Shown piece by piece: positions 1-9,345 of a DNA stretch of 32,000 nucleotides. Made by a program: the position numbers and the translations under genes. This DNA comes from Pseudothioglobus sp. nBUS_23 (lineage in GTDB: Bacteria > Pseudomonadota > Gammaproteobacteria > PS1 > Pseudothioglobaceae). Every line of letters begins with the position of its first letter. Position 1 is the stretch's first letter. The notes below the pieces were generated by a model, which saw only the letters and a list, made by a program, of their open reading frames with translations, made no database searches and had not been told where the DNA came from. The DNA lies in contig NZ_CP179200.1 of NCBI RefSeq assembly GCF_051201565.1, positions 1,530,001 to 1,562,000 on the forward strand, in the 5' to 3' direction.

Positions 1-108
1 TGAAGCTTGCAGTCCAATTTCACCAAAGCTGACATTGTGACCAGCAGCCAAACCGCGATTGCGGCTTTTCATAATCTTTCTATATTTTGTACGTTTAGGT
101 TGCAACAT
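1..108 (-). CDS. rplP: 50S ribosomal protein L16, N-terminal fragment; the gene runs off the window edge
   Basis: The reverse complement of 1-108 translates to [36 protein letters not shown], a typical L16 N-terminus. It sits directly downstream of rpsC, as in the canonical S10 operon. Confidence 0.9.
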   Translation of the reverse strand, partial: MLQPKRTKYRKIMKSRNRGLAAGHNVSFGEIGLQAS

Positions 109-120
109 CGCTATATTCCT

Positions 121-813
121 TTACTTCTTGCCTAATTGTTTAGTAGCACCACGTTTTGAAACTTCTTCAATAGTGCCTTTATTATGATCGAGAATCTCAC
201 CTTTAAAAATCCATACTTTAATACCAATAACGCCATACTGTGTATTAGCTCTAAAGCTGCTGTAATCTACATCAGCTCTAAAAGTATGGAGAGGGACTCT
301 GCCTTCACGATACCACTCTGAGCGAGCAATTTCTGCACCATTCAATCGCCCACTTACCATGACTTTAATTCCAAGTGCGCCTAATCTAGTTGCATTACCA
401 AGAACTCTTTTTACGGCGCGTCTATACATCACACGTTTTTCTAGCTGTTGAGCAATATTCTCAGCAACTAAACGAGCATCCAATTCAGGTTGTTTAACCT
501 CTTCAATACTAATGTGAACTGGCACACCCATTTTTTCCGAAACAATATTCTTGAGCCTTTCAATGTCAGCACCTTTTTTACCAATAACAATCCCAGGTCT
601 TGCAGTATGAATAATAACCTTAGCAGTGTTAGAGAGTCTCTCAATAGATATACGGCTGACTGATGCTGAAGTCAATTCTTTAAATAAGAAGTCTCTTACT
701 GCGATATCAGATAATAAATATTCAGAATAATCTTTACTGCTGGCATACCACTTGGAATCCCAATCCTTTACAATTCCTAATCTAATACCTACTGGATTTA
801 CTTTTTGACCCAT
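121..813 (-). CDS. rpsC: 30S ribosomal protein S3
   Basis: 230-aa ORF starting [24 protein letters not shown], with a KH-domain region ([10 protein letters not shown]). Position in the S10 operon fits. Confidence 0.97.
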   Translation of the reverse strand: MGQKVNPVGIRLGIVKDWDSKWYASSKDYSEYLLSDIAVRDFLFKELTSASVSRISIERLSNTAKVIIHTARPGIVIGKKGADIERLKNIVSEKMGVPVHISIEEVKQPELDARLVAENIAQQLEKRVMYRRAVKRVLGNATRLGALGIKVMVSGRLNGAEIARSEWYREGRVPLHTFRADVDYSSFRANTQYGVIGIKVWIFKGEILDHNKGTIEEVSKRGATKQLGKK

Positions 814-819
814 AATTAT

Positions 820-1152
820 TTACTCGCTTACGCCTACACTAATGTGGCTGGTTCGTTTAAGAATTCGATTTGCTCTTCCCTTGGCTCTAGGTCGAATTCG
901 TTTCATTGTTGAGCCTTCATTTACGAAGACACTACTTACTTTTAACTCATCAATATCAAGACCGTCATTATGCTCAGCATTCGAAATTGCAGAACTTAAA
1001 ACTTTTTTGACTAAGACTGCTGCTTTCTTATTGCTAAATGTCAAAATATTCAAAGCCTCTTCTACAGGCTTATTTCTTATTTGATCAGCAATTAACCTCA
1101 CCTTAAAAGGGGAGATTTTTGCATACTTATGAATTGCTTTAACTTCTTTCAT
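820..1152 (-). CDS. rplV: 50S ribosomal protein L22
   Basis: 110-aa ORF with the L22-like motifs [25 protein letters not shown] and [17 protein letters not shown]. Operon position is between rpsS and rpsC. Confidence 0.96.
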   Translation of the reverse strand: MKEVKAIHKYAKISPFKVRLIADQIRNKPVEEALNILTFSNKKAAVLVKKVLSSAISNAEHNDGLDIDELKVSSVFVNEGSTMKRIRPRAKGRANRILKRTSHISVGVSE

Positions 1153-1173
1153 TTTCTAAACCCTTTGCTAATA

Positions 1174-1440
1174 CTATTTACGATCACCTGAATGACTTTT
1201 AAATGTTCTTGTTACGGCAAATTCGCCCAACTTATGTCCAATCATATTCTCATTGATAGAAACTGGAACATGAACACGGCCATTATGCACCGCAATTGTA
1301 AGGCCAATCATTTCAGGAACAATAACCGAACGACGTGACCATGTTTTAATAGGTTTTCTGTCATTACTATCTTGAGCCTTCATTACTTTTTGAATTAAGT
1401 GCTCGTCTACAAATGGACCTTTTCTAAGTGATCTTGCCAT
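1174..1440 (-). CDS. rpsS: 30S ribosomal protein S19
   Basis: 88-aa ORF: [15 protein letters not shown]...[23 protein letters not shown]...[13 protein letters not shown], closely matching the S19 consensus. Confidence 0.97.
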   Translation of the reverse strand: MARSLRKGPFVDEHLIQKVMKAQDSNDRKPIKTWSRRSVIVPEMIGLTIAVHNGRVHVPVSINENMIGHKLGEFAVTRTFKSHSGDRK

Positions 1441-1449
1441 AATTACCCT

Positions 1450-2274
1450 TTATTTTCTTCTACGTACTATTAATTTATCAGTACGCTTATTAGTTCTTGT
1501 TTTATAACCTTTAGTCGGTGTACCCCAAGGAGAAACAGGATGTCTACCACCACTAGTCTTTCCTTCACCACCACCATGTGGGTGATCAACTGGGTTCATA
1601 ACAACACCACGGACTGTTGGTCTAACACCTCTCCAACGAGTAGCACCCGCTTTACCAAGTTTTCTCAAACTGTGCTCTGATTTTGAAACCTCGCCTAATG
1701 TTGCACGACACTCAGCCAAAACTTTTCTGACTTCTCCAGAGCGAAGTCTAATGGTTACATAATTTCCTTCTTTAGCTACTAATTGAACAGAAGTTCCAGC
1801 ACTTCTTGCAATTTGAGCACCTTTTTTTGGTTTTAATTCAACGCAATGAATAACACTACCAAGTGGAATATTACTTAGAGGAAGAGAATTACCTTTTTGG
1901 ATTGCAACAGAATTACCAGAGATAATCTGGTCACCTGATTTCAGACCCTTAGGGGCAATAATATAGCGACGCTCACCGTCAGCATATAAAACAAGTGCAA
2001 TGTTCGCACTTCTATTTGGATCATACTCAATTCTCTCTACAGTTGCTTGAATATCATCTTTATTTCTCTTGAAATCAATAATACGATATCTTTGCTTATG
2101 GCCTCCACCTCTATGTCTAACAGTAATCTTTCCACGGTTATTTCTTCCGTTGATTCTATTTTTACTTTCAGTTAGTGCAGCAAAAGGCTTGCCTTTATGC
2201 AGGTCATTATCAACGACACTAACAACAAAACGTCTGCCTGGTGAAGTTGGTTTTCTTTTAATTACTGATGCCAT
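1450..2274 (-). CDS. rplB: 50S ribosomal protein L2
   Basis: The ORF contains [28 protein letters not shown] place the start at the internal Met ([16 protein letters not shown], nt 2274), not the ORF-track start at 2304. That gives about 274 aa and avoids overlapping the rplW stop at 2285. Confidence 0.95.
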   Translation of the reverse strand: MASVIKRKPTSPGRRFVVSVVDNDLHKGKPFAALTESKNRINGRNNRGKITVRHRGGGHKQRYRIIDFKRNKDDIQATVERIEYDPNRSANIALVLYADGERRYIIAPKGLKSGDQIISGNSVAIQKGNSLPLSNIPLGSVIHCVELKPKKGAQIARSAGTSVQLVAKEGNYVTIRLRSGEVRKVLAECRATLGEVSKSEHSLRKLGKAGATRWRGVRPTVRGVVMNPVDHPHGGGEGKTSGGRHPVSPWGTPTKGYKTRTNKRTDKLIVRRRK

Positions 2275-2284
2275 AATAAATTCT

Positions 2285-2575
2285 CTATGATGCAGTTGCG
2301 TCAATCATCTGACCTTCAGATACTTTAACGACTGCTTTTTTCCAATTAACACGCTTCCCAGCTTTTCCTCGGTAAATCTTCTTCTTTCCTTTTACATTTG
2401 AGGTAGTTACAGCTTCAACAGTCACACCAAATAACTCTTCTACTGCTGCGCTGATTTCTCTTTTGTTGCTGTCAGTCCTAACCTTAAAGACATACTGATT
2501 GTTGGCTGTAGCCAAAGTAGTCTTCTCAGAAACAATTGGTCCAAGTAGGACACTCAATACTTTTTCTTGATTCAT
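2285..2575 (-). CDS. rplW: 50S ribosomal protein L23
   Basis: 96-aa ORF ([11 protein letters not shown]...YVFKV...) between rplD and rplB, with a 4-nt overlap on the rplD stop. Confidence 0.95.
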   Translation of the reverse strand: MNQEKVLSVLLGPIVSEKTTLATANNQYVFKVRTDSNKREISAAVEELFGVTVEAVTTSNVKGKKKIYRGKAGKRVNWKKAVVKVSEGQMIDATAS

Positions 2576-3189
2576 AACATTGCCTCTACTTTCTTTAATG
2601 CAGCCTTTGTAAGAACTACATTTTCATAGCCAATTAAGCTGACTGGGTCGATACTTTGAGTATCACAAACACCAACATGATACAAATTACGTGAAGATAA
2701 ATACAAATTCTCATCTAGCTCATCAGTCATTAAAAGAGCATCTTTTAAATCTAATGTTTTCATGAGTGAAGTGATGTTTTTTGTTTTAGGTTCTTTAATT
2801 TCTAGATCTGATACTATTTTCAAGCGGTCTTTACGAAGTAACTCTGAGAGAATTACACTGATTGCCCCTTTGTACATTTTTTTGTTTACTTTTTGAGAGT
2901 AGTTACGAGGCTGAGCAGCAAATGTTACTCCACCACTTCTCCAAATTGGTCCTCTAGATGTTCCAGCTCTTGCACGACCAGTACCTTTTTGCTTCCAAGG
3001 CTTCTTTCCGCCACCACTAACTGCTGAGCGATTTTTCTGAGCTTTAGTTCCACTTCTTCCGCCTGCCATATAGGCAGTAGTAATTTGGTGAACTAGTGAC
3101 TCATTGTAGTCACGACCAAAAATATCTTCAGAAACTTCCTGTGAAGTAGATTTGTTAGTTTTTAAATTTAATACTTTTACTTTCATCAC
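2572..3189 (-). CDS. rplD: 50S ribosomal protein L4
   Basis: 205-aa ORF with [33 protein letters not shown] and [11 protein letters not shown], which align with E. coli L4. The start could be the first or the second Met. Confidence 0.96.
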   Translation of the reverse strand: MMKVKVLNLKTNKSTSQEVSEDIFGRDYNESLVHQITTAYMAGGRSGTKAQKNRSAVSGGGKKPWKQKGTGRARAGTSRGPIWRSGGVTFAAQPRNYSQKVNKKMYKGAISVILSELLRKDRLKIVSDLEIKEPKTKNITSLMKTLDLKDALLMTDELDENLYLSSRNLYHVGVCDTQSIDPVSLIGYENVVLTKAALKKVEAML

Positions 3190-3207
3190 TAGACCTATAT
3201 ATATTTA

Positions 3208-4059
3208 TTAAGCTTCAGGCTCTTTATCTTTAGTTTCATCTACTTGATCAGCTGCTTCAGCTTTAGTTTCTTCAACTGGAGCTGCTTCTTCAACTGGAGC
3301 TGCTTCTTCAACTGGAGCTGCTTCTTCAACTGGAGCTGCTGCCTGAGCTTCTGCCAAATCAGATGCTTGCTTCTCAGAAAGCTCTTTACTAATCTTAGAA
3401 TTAATATTATTTTTCTTATCAGACAAAAATACTTTCACAAAACCATTTTTAGAGCCAGGAATAGCCCCCTTAACTAATAATAAATTGCGATCATTGTCAA
3501 CTCTTAAAATCTCAAGACACTCTTCAGTTACTTGTGCATTTCCCATCTGACCAGCCATCTTCTTACCTTTGAATACTCTTCCAGGCTCTTGACACTGACC
3601 AGTTGAACCAATTGCACGGTGTGAGATAGAGTTACCATGAGTCGCATCTTGCATACTAAAGTTGTGACGCTTTACACCACCCTGGAAACCTTTACCTTTA
3701 GATTGGCCAGTTACATTTATAAAATGCCCCGCACCAAAAAATGAGATATCAAGATTCGGCATTGCAGAGATTTCATTTTCACTGAGTCTCATTTCCCAGA
3801 GTCCAAGTCCTATCTCTTGGGACGCTTTAGCATAATGTCCCTTTAGGGAGCTACTAACGCGACCAATTTTTGCTTCGCCTTTTTTATTAACTTTCTTACC
3901 AGTCGTAACTTGAACTGCATTGTAACCATCTGTTTCAACAGATTTAGTCTGCACTACACGATTAGGCTCTATTTTAATAACACTGACTGATGACGCTGAA
4001 CCATCATCCGCCATCAAGCGAGTCATTCCGATTTTTTGTCCTACTAATGCAATTGCCAT
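3208..4059 (-). CDS. rplC: 50S ribosomal protein L3 with an unusual 71-aa acidic, repeat-containing C-terminal extension
   Basis: The N-terminal ~212 aa are typical L3 ([16 protein letters not shown]..., [36 protein letters not shown]). The ORF continues in frame to 283 aa and ends ...[43 protein letters not shown]. Confidence 0.95.
   Translation of the reverse strand: MAIALVGQKIGMTRLMADDGSASSVSVIKIEPNRVVQTKSVETDGYNAVQVTTGKKVNKKGEAKIGRVSSSLKGHYAKASQEIGLGLWEMRLSENEISAMPNLDISFFGAGHFINVTGQSKGKGFQGGVKRHNFSMQDATHGNSISHRAIGSTGQCQEPGRVFKGKKMAGQMGNAQVTEECLEILRVDNDRNLLLVKGAIPGSKNGFVKVFLSDKKNNINSKISKELSEKQASDLAEAQAAAPVEEAAPVEEAAPVEEAAPVEETKAEAADQVDETKDKEPEA
3268..3339 (-). repeat. Perfect 18-bp tandem repeat, 4 copies (GCAGCTCCAGTTGAAGAA on the coding strand), encoding (AAPVEE)x4 inside rplC
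   Basis: Read directly: the plus strand shows ttcaactggagctgcttc four times in a row, in frame with rplC. Confidence 0.95.
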
Positions 4060-4082
4060 TTTCTTAATCCTTTCTGTTCTAT

Positions 4083-4394
4083 TTAGTTAAGTTGGATTTT
4101 TACATCTACACCGGCAGCAAGGTCTAACTTCATTAATGCATCTACCGTTTTATCAGTTGGACTAATAACATCCATCAACCTAACGTAAGTTTTTAACTCA
4201 TATTGATCTCTAGCATCTTTATTGACATGCGGAGAGGTCAACACTGTAAAGCGTTCTTTCTTTGTAGGCAAAGGGATAGGGCCCCTTACACTAGCGCCTG
4301 TGCGCTTAGCTGTCTCTACAATCTCTACGGCTGATTTATCGATTAAACGATGATCAAATGCCTTTAATTTAATTCTAATATTTTGATTGCTCAT
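4083..4394 (-). CDS. rpsJ: 30S ribosomal protein S10
   Basis: 103-aa ORF: [21 protein letters not shown]...[30 protein letters not shown], the S10 consensus. It is the first gene of the S10 operon. Confidence 0.97.
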   Translation of the reverse strand: MSNQNIRIKLKAFDHRLIDKSAVEIVETAKRTGASVRGPIPLPTKKERFTVLTSPHVNKDARDQYELKTYVRLMDVISPTDKTVDALMKLDLAAGVDVKIQLN

Positions 4395-4425
4395 TTGCCT
4401 ATTTGCCTTATCTATCTTCCAAAAC

Positions 4426-4459
4426 GAAAAAACCGTCGATTATACAATAATTCGACGGT
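4426..4459 (-). terminator. Rho-independent terminator downstream of tuf
   Basis: The minus strand reads GACCGTCGA-attattgtataa-TCGACGG followed by TTTTTT. That is a 7-bp GC-rich stem (4433-4439 with 4452-4458) and a T-run (the A-run at 4426-4432 on the plus strand), starting 7 nt after the tuf stop. Confidence 0.6.
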
Positions 4460-4465
4460 CTTAAT

Positions 4466-5665
4466 TCAACTAATCAGTTGGTAAATCTTCGAGACGACGC
4501 CAGCACCAACTGTGCGTCCACCTTCTCTAATTGCAAATCTTAATCCTTCTTCCATTGCAATCGGAGCAAGCAGCTCAACTGTCATCTTCACATTGTCACC
4601 TGGCATGACCATTTCAGTACCTGATGGTAACTCAACTGCGCCGGTCACGTCTGTTGTTCTAAAGTAGAACTGTGGACGATAGTTGTTGAAGAATGGAGTA
4701 TGACGTCCACCTTCCTCTTTGCTTAAGATATATACCTCAGCCTCAAACTTAGTGTGCGGAGTGATTGTCCCTTTCTTCGCTAGTACTTGACCACGCTCAA
4801 CTTCTTCACGCTTAGTACCACGAAGAAGAACACCAACGTTATCACCTGCTTCACCTGAGTCAAGCAACTTTCTAAACATTTCAACACCTGTGCAGGTTGT
4901 CAACTGCGTGTCTTTAATACCTACGATTTCGATTTCATCACCGACGTTTACAACACCACGCTCAATACGACCCGTTACAACTGTTCCACGACCTGAGATT
5001 GAGAATACGTCCTCAATTGGCATTAGGAATGTCTTGTCTGTGTCACGCTCTGGCGTTGGGATATAAGAATCCAATGCATCAACCAACTTCATGATTGAAG
5101 GGACACCGATATCTGACGTGTCGCCTTCTAGTGCTTTTAGCGCTGAACCAAAAACAACTGGCGTGTCATCACCTGGGAATTCATATTCTGTTAGCAGCTC
5201 ACGGATCTCCATCTCGACTAGCTCAACGAGCTCTTCATCGTCAACCATGTCCGCTTTGTTCATGTACACAACGATGTATGGAACGCCCACCTGACGAGAC
5301 AATAGAATGTGCTCACGTGTTTGAGCCATTGGTCCGTCAGTTGCAGCGATTACAATAATAGCGCCGTCCATCTGCGCAGCACCTGTAATCATATTCTTTA
5401 CATAGTCAGCGTGCCCCGGACAGTCAACGTGTGCGTAGTGACGAGACTCTGACTCGTACTCTACGTGTGCTGTTGAGATAGTGATACCACGCTCTCTTTC
5501 TTCAGGAGCATTATCAATATCAGCGTAATCCTTGAACTCACCGCCACGTGCTTCAGCCATCACCTTCGTTAGGGCTGCTGTTAAAGTCGTTTTACCATGG
5601 TCAACGTGACCAATCGTTCCCACATTCACATGTGGTTTGGTTCTTTCAAATTTTTCTTTTGCCAT
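4466..5665 (-). CDS. tuf: Elongation factor Tu
   Basis: 399-aa ORF with [18 protein letters not shown] and NKADMV G-motifs and full-length similarity to EF-Tu. Confidence 0.98.
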   Translation of the reverse strand: MAKEKFERTKPHVNVGTIGHVDHGKTTLTAALTKVMAEARGGEFKDYADIDNAPEERERGITISTAHVEYESESRHYAHVDCPGHADYVKNMITGAAQMDGAIIVIAATDGPMAQTREHILLSRQVGVPYIVVYMNKADMVDDEELVELVEMEIRELLTEYEFPGDDTPVVFGSALKALEGDTSDIGVPSIMKLVDALDSYIPTPERDTDKTFLMPIEDVFSISGRGTVVTGRIERGVVNVGDEIEIVGIKDTQLTTCTGVEMFRKLLDSGEAGDNVGVLLRGTKREEVERGQVLAKKGTITPHTKFEAEVYILSKEEGGRHTPFFNNYRPQFYFRTTDVTGAVELPSGTEMVMPGDNVKMTVELLAPIAMEEGLRFAIREGGRTVGAGVVSKIYQLIS

Positions 5666-5678
5666 TTTTAATCCCCTG

Positions 5679-7781
5679 TTAAGAATTTAATTTTTCAATA
5701 ACTTCATCTGCAACATTTCTTGGAGCAGCAGTATATTTAGCAAACTCCATAGAGTAGTTTGCACGACCTTGCGACATCGAGCGAAGGTCTGTTGCGTAAC
5801 CAAACATTTCAGCTAAAGGGACTTCAGCTTTAATTTGTTTACCAGCAGGAGTATCGTCCATCGCACTTACAATACCTCTTCTGCGATTAAGATCTCCCAT
5901 CACATCACCCATATAGTCTTCTGGAGTTGACACTTCAACTTTCATCATAGGCTCAAGTAACTGAGGGTTAGCTCGCTTCACGCCCTCCTTGATGCACATT
6001 GAAGCAGCAATTTTAAATGCCATTTCATTAGAGTCGACATCATGGTATGAGCCATCGTAAACAGTTACCTTAACGTCAACCAATGGGAAGCCAGCAATCA
6101 CACCATTTTGCATTTGCTCTTGCACACCCTTATTGACGGCAGGTACATATTCTTTAGGAATGACACCACCTTTGATTTCGTCTACAAACTCATAACCACT
6201 TCCAGGCTCTTGAGGCTCTATTCGAAGATAGACATGGCCATACTGACCACGACCACCTGATTGCTTTGCAAACTTGTGCTCGTGCTCTACCAATGAAGTG
6301 ATAGTTTCACGATAAGCAACTTGCGGAGCACCCACATTACACTCTACGTCAAACTCACGCATCATACGATCAACAATAATATCTAGATGAAGCTCGCCCA
6401 TTCCCGCAATAATTGTTTGACCAGACTCTTCATCAGAAGAAACTCTAAATGATGGGTCTTCATTAGCAAGTTTGCCCAAAGCAATACCCATTTTTTCCTG
6501 ATCAATTTTAGTTTTAGGTTCAACAGCCACAGCGATAACTGGATCAGGGAATTCCATTCTTTCAAGAATGATTTTGTCCTTCATGTCACATAATGTGTCA
6601 CCAGTAGTTACGTCTTTAAGGCCAATTGCAGCTGCAATATCACCCGCTCTTACCTCTTTAATCTCTTCACGATCGTTAGAGTGCATTTGAACAATACGTC
6701 CAATACGCTCTTTCTTTCCCTTGGAAGAGTTGAAAACAAAGTCACCAGACTTCAATACGCCTGAATAAACTCTAAAGAAGGTTAAATTTCCAACAAATGG
6801 ATCTGTTGCAATTTTGAATCCAAGTGCCGCAAACGGTTCACTATCTGAAGGTAGTCTTGGTGCCATAGTTTCAGCCGCATCATCTAAGATTCCACTGATT
6901 GGCTCTACATCTAGAGGCGATGGCATATACATGATCATTGCGTCTAGTACCGCCTGAACACCTTTGTTTTTAAATGCAGTGCCACAAAACATTGGAATAA
7001 TTTCATTCGCAATTGTCTGAACACGGATTCCTTCCTTGATTTCGTCATCAGTCAGGGTGCCTTCCTCAAGATATCTTTCCATTAATTCTTCGTTTGCTTC
7101 GGCAGCAGATTCAATCATGAACTCACGCTTCTCATCAGCTAGGTCCTGAAGCTCTGCTGGAATATCTTTGACTTCATAGGTTGCACCTTGATCAGCCTCA
7201 TTCCAGTATATGGCTTTCATTCTTATAAGGTCTACAATGCCCTCAAAAGCATCTTCTGCGCCAATAGCAATCTGCATAGGTACGGGGTTAGCTCCGAGCC
7301 TAGATTTAACTTGGTCAACAACTCTTAGAAAATCTGCACCTGCTCTATCCATCTTATTGACAAAACCGATTCTTGGAACATTGTACTTATTAGCTTGTCT
7401 CCATACAGTTTCAGACTGAGGCTCTACACCTCCAACAGCACAAAAAACGGCGCAAGCGCCGTCTAATACTTTTAGGGATCTCTCGACTTCAATTGTAAAG
7501 TCCACGTGTCCCGGGGTATCAATAATATTGACACGATGATCTTCGAACTGACCATCCATACCCTTCCAAAAACATGTTGTAGCAGCAGAAGTAATAGTGA
7601 TACCTCTCTCCTGCTCTTGCTCCATCCAGTCCATTGTTGCACTACCATCATGCACTTCACCAATCTTGTGAGTACGGCCAGTATATAAAAGGATGCGTTC
7701 AGTTGTAGTTGTTTTACCGGCATCAATATGTGCCATGATTCCGACGTTACGATAACGATTAATTGGTGTGGTTCTTGCCAT
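5679..7781 (-). CDS. fusA: Elongation factor G
   Basis: 700-aa ORF with [20 protein letters not shown] and NKMD motifs. It lies between rpsG and tuf. Confidence 0.98.
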   Translation of the reverse strand: MARTTPINRYRNVGIMAHIDAGKTTTTERILLYTGRTHKIGEVHDGSATMDWMEQEQERGITITSAATTCFWKGMDGQFEDHRVNIIDTPGHVDFTIEVERSLKVLDGACAVFCAVGGVEPQSETVWRQANKYNVPRIGFVNKMDRAGADFLRVVDQVKSRLGANPVPMQIAIGAEDAFEGIVDLIRMKAIYWNEADQGATYEVKDIPAELQDLADEKREFMIESAAEANEELMERYLEEGTLTDDEIKEGIRVQTIANEIIPMFCGTAFKNKGVQAVLDAMIMYMPSPLDVEPISGILDDAAETMAPRLPSDSEPFAALGFKIATDPFVGNLTFFRVYSGVLKSGDFVFNSSKGKKERIGRIVQMHSNDREEIKEVRAGDIAAAIGLKDVTTGDTLCDMKDKIILERMEFPDPVIAVAVEPKTKIDQEKMGIALGKLANEDPSFRVSSDEESGQTIIAGMGELHLDIIVDRMMREFDVECNVGAPQVAYRETITSLVEHEHKFAKQSGGRGQYGHVYLRIEPQEPGSGYEFVDEIKGGVIPKEYVPAVNKGVQEQMQNGVIAGFPLVDVKVTVYDGSYHDVDSNEMAFKIAASMCIKEGVKRANPQLLEPMMKVEVSTPEDYMGDVMGDLNRRRGIVSAMDDTPAGKQIKAEVPLAEMFGYATDLRSMSQGRANYSMEFAKYTAAPRNVADEVIEKLNS

Positions 7782-7796
7782 GATTCAGTCCTTAAA

Positions 7797-8282
<486 letters not shown>

Positions 8283-8657
8283 TTATTTTTTAGGTTTTTT
8301 CGTGCCGTATTTTGAACGACCTTGCATTCTTCCATCAACACCCGTTGTATCTAGAGCGCCACGAACCGTATGATAACGAACACCTGGCAAATCCTTTACA
8401 CGACCACCACGAATTAAAATCACTGAGTGCTCTTGTAAGTTGTGACCCTCACCACCTATATAAGTAGTTACTTCTGCAGAATTCGTCAGTCTTACACGGG
8501 CAACTTTTCTTAGCGCAGAGTTTGGCTTCTTAGGCGTGGTAGTGTAAACACGTGTGCAAACACCGCGTTTTTGCGGACAGCTGTCTAAAGCTGGAACACC
8601 AGTTTTAACAATCTTCTTACTTCTTGGCTTTCTTACCAATTGGTTAATCGTTGACAT
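8283..8657 (-). CDS. rpsL: 30S ribosomal protein S12
   Basis: 124-aa ORF: [12 protein letters not shown]...[17 protein letters not shown]...[13 protein letters not shown]. Confidence 0.98.
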   Translation of the reverse strand: MSTINQLVRKPRSKKIVKTGVPALDSCPQKRGVCTRVYTTTPKKPNSALRKVARVRLTNSAEVTTYIGGEGHNLQEHSVILIRGGRVKDLPGVRYHTVRGALDTTGVDGRMQGRSKYGTKKPKK

Positions 8658-8717
8658 ATAGGTTAATACTCCAATATATTTAATTTTTCGCCCACTTTGG
8701 GGTGAATAAAGCCGGCA

Positions 8718-8747
8718 ATTATACTTTGGTGGTATCTACGATGTCAA
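8718..8747 (-). promoter_or_regulatory. Candidate sigma70 promoter of the str operon (TTGACA, 18-nt spacer, TATAAT)
   Basis: On the minus strand, TTGACA lies at 8747-8742 and TATAAT at 8723-8718, separated by 18 nt. The -35 hexamer overlaps the stop codon of the upstream phosphatase gene. The rpsL ATG is about 60 nt downstream. Confidence 0.55.
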
Positions 8748-9226
8748 TGAATATTGGTCTTTTTTTCGATACTTTCAAAAAAAGATAAACAGGCCGAGTG
8801 GACCATTTTGAAGACTTCATCAAATTTCCCTTCATAGTAGGGATCAGGAACACTAGATCCTGGATATTCCTTGGAATGATCTAACATTAATTCAATCTTT
8901 GAATGACTCCCTTCTGGACACATTGATTTGAGTCTCTCGAGGTTATCAGAATCCATAGCAATAATGTAATCGTAATAATAAAAATCACTCTCATGGACTT
9001 GTCTTGCTCTCTGGCTTGAAATGTCTACACCATTATCGATAGCTGCTTTTTGCGCTCTTTGATCAGGGGAATTGCCAATATGGTATGCGTGGGTCCCAGC
9101 TGAATCAATATCAAAATTTTGACTAAGATTATTATTGTCAACAATTGATCGAAATGCACCCTCTGCAGTTGGTGAGCGACAAATATTACCCATACAAACA
9201 AACAAAACTTTATTTTTTAATTCCAT
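8744..9226 (-). CDS. Low-molecular-weight protein tyrosine phosphatase
   Basis: 160-aa ORF with the P-loop VLFVCMGNICRSPTAEG (CX5R-S/T), IDSAGT, and the general-acid loop VPDPYY. Confidence 0.85.
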   Translation of the reverse strand: MELKNKVLFVCMGNICRSPTAEGAFRSIVDNNNLSQNFDIDSAGTHAYHIGNSPDQRAQKAAIDNGVDISSQRARQVHESDFYYYDYIIAMDSDNLERLKSMCPEGSHSKIELMLDHSKEYPGSSVPDPYYEGKFDEVFKMVHSACLSFFESIEKKTNIH

Positions 9227-9273
9227 TGATGAAGTTCAAATAAATACGAATGGCAAAAGTTTTCCATCATGGA

Positions 9274-9301
9274 ATTATATTTCAATTTGTGCTGGATTCA
9301 A
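9274..9301 (-). promoter_or_regulatory. Possible promoter for the phosphatase gene (TTGAAT, 16-nt spacer, TATAAT)
   Basis: On the minus strand, TTGAAT lies at 9301-9296 and TATAAT at 9279-9274. AT-rich DNA throws up such matches easily. Confidence 0.3.
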
Positions 9302-9345
9302 ATTTGATTTGTGAGAGGTTGAATATTAAGGAGAACCCTTAAGTT

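Noticed and set aside
2275-2304. Ten-codon N-terminal extension of rplB in the ORF track ([10 protein letters not shown]...)
   Set aside because: It would overlap the 3' end of rplW. The internal Met gives the canonical L2 N-terminus ([15 protein letters not shown]) and the normal length.
3268-3339. Short perfect direct repeats considered as a possible CRISPR or minisatellite
   Set aside because: The units are contiguous with no spacers. They are in frame and encode (AAPVEE)x4 of L3. No cas genes are present.
3244-3477. Plus-strand 77-aa ORF with the striking repeat [18 protein letters not shown]
   Set aside because: It is the antisense shadow of the 18-bp tandem repeat inside rplC and lies entirely within a well-supported ribosomal protein gene. 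There is no independent support.
8744-9226. The LMW-PTP fold considered as an arsenate reductase (ArsC, LMW-PTP type)
   Set aside because: It has the DPYY general-acid loop typical of true phosphatases. It lacks the additional downstream Cys pair used by thioredoxin-coupled ArsC, and no ars genes are nearby.
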